Origin: Acidobacteriota bacterium
GTDB lineage: Bacteria > Acidobacteriota > UBA890 > WLXD01
Length of the DNA stretch: 64,000 nucleotides
Direction of reading: 5' to 3'
Assembly: GCA_963666215.2 (NCBI GenBank)
Contig: CAXWPL010000005.1
Span: 768,001-832,000, forward strand
A model generated the notes under the pieces. The model had not been told where the DNA came from and searched no databases. It saw only the letters and a program-made list of their open reading frames with translations. Positions 58,783 to 64,000 of the stretch are shown here, one piece after another. The position numbers and the translations under genes were made by a program. Numbering within the stretch: position 1 is the stretch's first letter; every line of letters starts with the position of its first letter.

Positions 58783-60822
58783 TCAGCGATCGATATCGGC
58801 AAGCACGTAGTCGAGGCTGCCGAGAATCGCCAACAGGTCGGCGATTTGATGTCCGTTGGCCATCAGCGGCAGCGTCTGCATGTGGGCAAACGAGGGGCTC
58901 CGAATCCGCAGGCGGTACGGGTGAATGCCGCCGTCGGCGACGACGTAGTAGCCGGCGTTGCCCTTCGGCGCCTCGATGTCGGAGAGCGCCTCGCCGGCCG
59001 GCATCGGAAAGCCCCAGGACACCCCCACGAAGTGCTGGATCAGGGTCTCGATGTTGGTCATCGTCTCGGCCTTGTTCGGCACATTGACGCCGGGGTCGCT
59101 CGAGATGTACTCGCCAGCCGGCATGTTGGCGGCGGCCTGCTCGACAATCCGTAGGCTCTGCCGCATCTCTTCGACACGCACCGCGCAGCGCGCGTAGCAG
59201 TCGCCTTCGTCGACCGTGGGGACGTCGAACTCGAAGTTCTCGTAGCCGGAGTACGGGCGAGATTTGCGCAGATCCCAGTCGAGACCGCAGCTGCGCAGGT
59301 TGGGACCGGTAACGCCCCACTCGATCGCCTCATCGAGCGTCATCGCGCCGATCCCCTGCGTGCGCGCCTTGAAGATCGCGTTCTGCATCAGTAGTTGGTC
59401 GAGCTCGTCGATCTTACTGGCGAACCCCTTGGTGAAAGCGCCGACCAGCCCTGCCCAGCCGACCGGCAGGTCGGCGGCAACCCCGCCGATGCGGAGCCAG
59501 CCCGGATGCATACGGCCGCCGGTGATCGCCTCGACGACGTCGAAGATCTTTTCGCGCTCGGCGAAGGTGTAGAAGACAGGTGTCATGGCGCCGACGTCGT
59601 GGCCGAGGGTACCGAACCATACGAGGTGCGACGCGAGCCGGAACAGCTCGCAGAGAAGAACCCGAACCACCTGGGCGCGCTCCGGCACCGTAACGCTGGC
59701 GAGCCGCTCAACCGCCAGCAGGTACGCCAGGTTGTTCTGCACGCCGGCCAGGTAGTCGATGCGATCGGTGTACGGAATGTAGGTGTGGTAGGTCTGGCGC
59801 TCCGCCATCTTCTCGGCGCCGCGATGGTGAAAACCGATATCCGGGATGACGTTGACCACCTCCTCGCCGCGCAGCTGCAGAATCAGGCGCAGCAGGCCGT
59901 GGGTGCCGGGGTGGTTCGGCCCCAAGTTGAGATAAAGGTAGTCGTCGTCCTCCGCCCCATCGTGGCCGAACGCGGCCGCAGCCTCGGCGTTGGAAGCGCC
60001 AAGCGAATCGCCGGCGTCGAGCCCCCAGTCGGTTCCCTGCCACTCCTCGGGGCGGAACCGCATCGCCTCTTCGTGTGCCGCGCGCTTGCCCTCGGGCAAC
60101 CGGTAGGGCTCCATTTCCGTGGCGCGAGCCGGGTGCTCCTTGCGTAGCGGATGCCCGTCCCAGTCGGGAGGCATGAGGATGCGGTAAAGGCCAGGGTGAC
60201 CGTCGAAGCGCACGCCGAACATGTCGTAGACCTCGCGCTCGTACCAGTTCGCCGCTGGCCACAAACCCGTGGCGCTCGGGGCCGACGGATAGTCGTCGAC
60301 CAGCGCCACCTTGAGTCGAACGTCGGCGTTTCGCTCGTAGGAACGCAGGTGGTAGACGAGCGTGAAGTCCGCGGCCTGAGGTGCATAGCCGTTGTCGCTG
60401 ACCGGTGCGGCGAGCGAGGCGCGAAACTCCTCGAGCGTCGGCACCGAGCCGCGATCATTCGCGACCGGGCGCGTTGTGTCTCCCCCGCCGTTCGCCTGAG
60501 TACCCTGATCGACCGTGGCATCGCCGTCGTGTTGCAGCCGCGGAAGCCCGCCGCGCGCCGCCAGGCCTCGGGAGCGCTCGTCTACCGCTGTCAGGTCGTA
60601 GAGGGTACGGAAGGGCCGCTCCAACCCGGCCCTGAGCGTCTCGAGAGCACCCACGATGTGGTCACCGCGTACCCAGGCGGTGGGGATCCCGTCAGCGCTC
60701 GCGTGGCTCTCCAGCGTAAGGGCCCCCGGTGGCAGTCGAGCACCAAGCTCGCTGAGCACGCTGCCGACGGCCCCCTTCTCGTCACGAGATTCGCCATGAG
60801 ATCCACCATGAGACTCGGCCAT
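58783..60822 (-). CDS. nuoCD: NADH-quinone oxidoreductase fused subunit C/D
   Basis: [17 protein letters not shown] followed in frame by [11 protein letters not shown] and DYVLADIDR. Confidence 0.94.
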   Translation of the reverse strand: MAESHGGSHGESRDEKGAVGSVLSELGARLPPGALTLESHASADGIPTAWVRGDHIVGALETLRAGLERPFRTLYDLTAVDERSRGLAARGGLPRLQHDGDATVDQGTQANGGGDTTRPVANDRGSVPTLEEFRASLAAPVSDNGYAPQAADFTLVYHLRSYERNADVRLKVALVDDYPSAPSATGLWPAANWYEREVYDMFGVRFDGHPGLYRILMPPDWDGHPLRKEHPARATEMEPYRLPEGKRAAHEEAMRFRPEEWQGTDWGLDAGDSLGASNAEAAAAFGHDGAEDDDYLYLNLGPNHPGTHGLLRLILQLRGEEVVNVIPDIGFHHRGAEKMAERQTYHTYIPYTDRIDYLAGVQNNLAYLLAVERLASVTVPERAQVVRVLLCELFRLASHLVWFGTLGHDVGAMTPVFYTFAEREKIFDVVEAITGGRMHPGWLRIGGVAADLPVGWAGLVGAFTKGFASKIDELDQLLMQNAIFKARTQGIGAMTLDEAIEWGVTGPNLRSCGLDWDLRKSRPYSGYENFEFDVPTVDEGDCYARCAVRVEEMRQSLRIVEQAAANMPAGEYISSDPGVNVPNKAETMTNIETLIQHFVGVSWGFPMPAGEALSDIEAPKGNAGYYVVADGGIHPYRLRIRSPSFAHMQTLPLMANGHQIADLLAILGSLDYVLADIDR

Positions 60823-60824
60823 TG

Positions 60825-61553
60825 TCAGCGCGCCAAGCTCGGCGGCCGGAGCGTGGTGACCCGCCGTCGCTCTTCTGCTTTTAGGTCGCGTTGAACCGGC
60901 ATTTCGACGCGCTCGAAGCCCTCCTCGCCGAGCACCCAGGAGAGCGGGCGCTTCTCGACGCCAATGCGATCGCGCAGCAGGAGCAGTCCCTGAAGAAAAG
61001 CGTCGGGGCGCGGCGGACAGCCCGGCACGTACACGTCAACAGGCAGGATCGAGTCGATCCCTTGCACCACGCTGTAAATGTCGTACATACCTCCGGAGTT
61101 GGCGCAGGATCCCATCGAGATCACCCAGCGCGGCTCCATCATCTGGTCGTACAGCCGCGCGATCACCGGCGCTACCTTCTTGAAGACCGTCCCGGCGATA
61201 ACGATGACATCGGCTTCGCGTGGCGTGCCTCGCAGCACCTCGGCGCCGAAGCGCGAGACGTCGTAGCGCGACGTGTAGGAGGTCATCATTTCCACATAGC
61301 AGCACGAGAGGCCGAAATTGAACGGCCAAATCGAGTTCTTGCGGCCCCAGGCCACGAGATCGTCGAGACGAGTCAACGCGATCATGCGCCCGAGCGAATC
61401 GGCGAGGCTGCCCCGAGCACCGCGCTCCGCCGCTGCGGTCAACGTCGGCGCCCGATCGCGCGCCACGATCCGCTGGAGCTCTTCACGAGGAGTGGCCTCG
61501 GGTGGCCGACGTTGCGCTGGCCGTGTGGCATCGGGCTCGTCGGCGTAACTCAC
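60825..61553 (-). CDS. nuoB: NADH-quinone oxidoreductase subunit B
   Basis: [26 protein letters not shown]. Confidence 0.95.
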   Translation of the reverse strand: MSYADEPDATRPAQRRPPEATPREELQRIVARDRAPTLTAAAERGARGSLADSLGRMIALTRLDDLVAWGRKNSIWPFNFGLSCCYVEMMTSYTSRYDVSRFGAEVLRGTPREADVIVIAGTVFKKVAPVIARLYDQMMEPRWVISMGSCANSGGMYDIYSVVQGIDSILPVDVYVPGCPPRPDAFLQGLLLLRDRIGVEKRPLSWVLGEEGFERVEMPVQRDLKAEERRRVTTLRPPSLAR

Positions 61554-62152
61554 GTTCCCCTCCCGGCACCCGGCATTGATCCAGTGGTCGGAAGCGATTC
61601 TCTGGCGGCTCGCGACGCGAGAGACGGCGAGGAGACGCCCCAATTGAGCGCGCCCTTCCACCACACATAGAGCAGTCCGGCGAACAGCAGGGCGATGAAG
61701 AACGAAACCTCGGCAAGCCCCGCCCAGCCGAGGCGCCGCGCCGCAACCGCCCAGCCAAACAGGTATGCCACCTCGAGATCGAACACCAGGAAGGCGATCG
61801 CGACCATGTAGAAGCGAATCGGAAAGGCGACGTTGACGTCCCCGGTCGGCGCCATGCCCGACTCGTAAGGCAGGTCCTTGCGGCGAGAATGATGGCGCGG
61901 GCCAACGAAATGGGTGGCCACGAGGGCCACCGCAACAATCGCGACGACCACGACTGCATGCAGGCCCAGCGGCCACAACGCGACTGACGCGTCGGGGTTG
62001 TTGGCCAGAGCGGCGCCCGGCATCGCTTGCGACAAGCCGGACGGGACCGCAGACACCGCAGAGACCGCGGAGACCGCGGAGACCGCAATGACTGCAGTGA
62101 CTGCAGTGACTGCGGGGATCGCCATAGATTGTGAAATTTTTCTCAAACTCAT
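61550..62152 (-). CDS. nuoA: NADH-quinone oxidoreductase subunit A (start uncertain: 62152, 62125 or 62023)
   Basis: [24 protein letters not shown]. Confidence 0.9.
   Translation of the reverse strand: MSLRKISQSMAIPAVTAVTAVIAVSAVSAVSAVSAVPSGLSQAMPGAALANNPDASVALWPLGLHAVVVVAIVAVALVATHFVGPRHHSRRKDLPYESGMAPTGDVNVAFPIRFYMVAIAFLVFDLEVAYLFGWAVAARRLGWAGLAEVSFFIALLFAGLLYVWWKGALNWGVSSPSLASRAARESLPTTGSMPGAGRGT
62046..62117. repeat. 8 x 9-bp degenerate tandem repeat (ACYGCRRNS)
   Basis: Encodes (AVT/AVI/AVS)n on the nuoA strand. Confidence 0.8.
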
Positions 62153-62334
62153 CGCCACGACGACCCGGTCGAGAATCCTGGAAGAGTGGCCCACTATGCT
62201 ACTCAGCCCGATGGTCGTCAAACTGTCGGTCCGCCGACGTTCGGCCGTGAGCGACGCGCCCGCCCTGCTACGATCATGGCCACGCACACGATAGCGACAG
62301 AAGCTCGGTGGAACACGAGAAAGGGAGCAGTACC

Positions 62335-62901
62335 TTGGGCATTCCTGCCACCCAAATCCGCAAAGGCATGGTCCTCGAAGTGGACGGAGGCCTGTTCAAG
62401 GTACACAGCTTCACCCATGTCACTCCTGGAAAGGGCCAGGCGGTGATGCAGACCCGACTGCGCAATCTACGCAGCGGCGCGCTCATCGAGCGACGCTTCC
62501 GCTCGGCCGAAACGGTTGAGACCGCTCACATCGACAACCGCGAGATGCAGTACCTCTACAAGGATGGCGAGCTGTACACGTTCATGGACACGGAAACGTA
62601 CGAGCAAACGCAGCTCGACGCGACCATGCTCGAGGATGGGCTTCCCTACCTCCTCCCCAACCTCGAGCTGCGCGTGTCGTTCGTCAATGACGAGCCCATC
62701 GGCGTGGAGCTGCCGGGCACCGTCGACCTCGAGGTCGTCGGAACCGAGCCAGGGCTCAAGGGAGCCACTGCCAGCGCCACCACCAAACCGGCGACGCTGG
62801 AAACCGGCCTGGTGGTGCAGGTGCCGCCGTTCGTCAACCAAGGCGAGAAGATACGCATCGACACCTCGACCGGCGCTTATCTGACTCGCGCGAACAGCTA
62901 G
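62335..62901 (+). CDS. efp: Elongation factor P
   Basis: ATQIRKG, HVTPGKGQA, KPATLETG..VQVPPF, YLTRA; TTG start inferred. Confidence 0.95.
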   Translation: MGIPATQIRKGMVLEVDGGLFKVHSFTHVTPGKGQAVMQTRLRNLRSGALIERRFRSAETVETAHIDNREMQYLYKDGELYTFMDTETYEQTQLDATMLEDGLPYLLPNLELRVSFVNDEPIGVELPGTVDLEVVGTEPGLKGATASATTKPATLETGLVVQVPPFVNQGEKIRIDTSTGAYLTRANS

Positions 62902-62931
62902 CGCCGAGCTGCGGCCGGTAGCAGGCTTTCT

Positions 62932-64000
62932 GTGCACCGCTCCCTATCGCGTATCAGCCTGTCAACCGTTCTGCACGAGACTGCCGCGATCGCCAGCGCC
63001 TCGACGATTGCACTGCTGCTGCTGCTCTATCTGCACCACGAATGGCGGCTGGGATGGGCGCTCGTCTGCGGCCTACTGGGCGGCGTGGCACTCCGGCGCG
63101 TGGTTCGACCGAGCTACCTGTCGTTCCCCTATTACTTGCGTCAGCCGCTCAGCGGCGGAGTGATTCTGCTCGGATCGCTCGTCGCCAGCTGGGCGACTTT
63201 GGCGCGCGATCCGGTGTCCTATTGGCTGCTGCGCTGGCGCGAAGCCGCCACCATGCCGATCTTGGCTGCGGTCCTCGGATTGGGGCTTGCCGGTATCATC
63301 TATACACACTCCCGTCTGCAGCGTGAGGTGGCAGCGAAAGAGCGCCTCGAAGAAGATCTGCGCGTCGCCAATCGCATCCAGCAGAACCTGCTGAGCAGTC
63401 CGGTGCCGGAGCGCGACTGGCTTCAAGCCTATGCAACCAACATCGCATCGCGCGAGGTGGGAGGCGACTACTACGAGATCCTCGACGGCAGGGACCGTGA
63501 AGATGGCTCGATAGCGTTCGCCGTGGGAGATGTTTCCGGCAAGGGCGTGCCGGCGGCACTTCTGATGTCGACGCTGCAGTCCGCCTTCCTGGCCGCCTAC
63601 TCGGCAAATGACGCCCTGGCGGAGGTCTGCACAGCGGTGAATCAATTCCTCCACGACCGTACGACCCCTGAGCGCTACGCCACCTTCTTCGTAGGCATCG
63701 TCGGCCCCGACTTGCGGCTCACCTTCGTGAACGCTGGGCACAACCCTCCGCTGCTCATCCCGGCCGCCGGCGAGGTCACACGACTGTTCGGCGGTGGTCG
63801 ACCGCTCGGCCTCTTTGGCGACAGCGCGTACCGAACGCATACGCTGCAGCTCAGCGCCGACGACCTGCTCGTGGCGTTCACCGATGGCGTAACCGAGGCC
63901 GCCGACGAGAGCGACGAGGAGTTCGGTGAAACCCGGCTCGTCGAGGTCGTCCAGCGTGCGCGCCGAGCGCCGGAGTGGACACCAGAGCAGATCACCAACG
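62932..64000 (+). CDS. Membrane-anchored PP2C/SpoIIE (RsbU-like) phosphatase; runs off the window
   Basis: Open frame from GTG at 62932: TM segments then REVGGDYY, GDVSGKGVPAALLM, NAGHNPP, FTDGVTE. Confidence 0.9.
   Translation, partial: MHRSLSRISLSTVLHETAAIASASTIALLLLLYLHHEWRLGWALVCGLLGGVALRRVVRPSYLSFPYYLRQPLSGGVILLGSLVASWATLARDPVSYWLLRWREAATMPILAAVLGLGLAGIIYTHSRLQREVAAKERLEEDLRVANRIQQNLLSSPVPERDWLQAYATNIASREVGGDYYEILDGRDREDGSIAFAVGDVSGKGVPAALLMSTLQSAFLAAYSANDALAEVCTAVNQFLHDRTTPERYATFFVGIVGPDLRLTFVNAGHNPPLLIPAAGEVTRLFGGGRPLGLFGDSAYRTHTLQLSADDLLVAFTDGVTEAADESDEEFGETRLVEVVQRARRAPEWTPEQITN

Noticed and set aside
62899-62934. efp and the downstream phosphatase are in the same frame, separated by one TAG (possible readthrough)
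   Set aside because: EF-P ends at its normal length, the phosphatase has its own GTG, and no recoding signal is visible

Overview
64 kb from a high-GC, Gram-negative-type bacterium (TonB receptor present; taxon cannot be fixed from sequence alone). The backbone is mostly housekeeping or metabolic: neuC, an SDR epimerase and a TylF methyltransferase; ybbP-ybbA-tesA; a class III-like ADH with a metallo-beta-lactamase-fold hydrolase; a cobalamin-riboswitch-controlled btuBDCF operon; a D-aminoacylase; peptidases; proline dehydrogenase; a complete nuoA-N operon with fused NuoCD; efp; and a partial RsbU-type phosphatase. Two regions stand out. (1) A 12,045-bp composite transposon (5293-17337) is bounded by two direct-orientation IS5-family copies with a matching outer CTAA target duplication. 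It carries an XRE/ImmA-IrrE regulator lacking its catalytic Glu, a complete ino1 + IMPase + IPCT/DIPPS (CDP-inositol / di-myo-inositol-phosphate-type) operon, a frameshifted hyaluronan-synthase-like GT2, an EF-hand membrane protein and an IS256 remnant. (2) A molybdenum-storage-protein (mosAB-like) pair converges on genes for a degenerate ModA-like lipoprotein and an apparent ECF T+S fusion protein with Gly-rich tracts. No rRNA, tRNA or CRISPR array was recognised. All family calls come from motif recognition by eye, not database searches.
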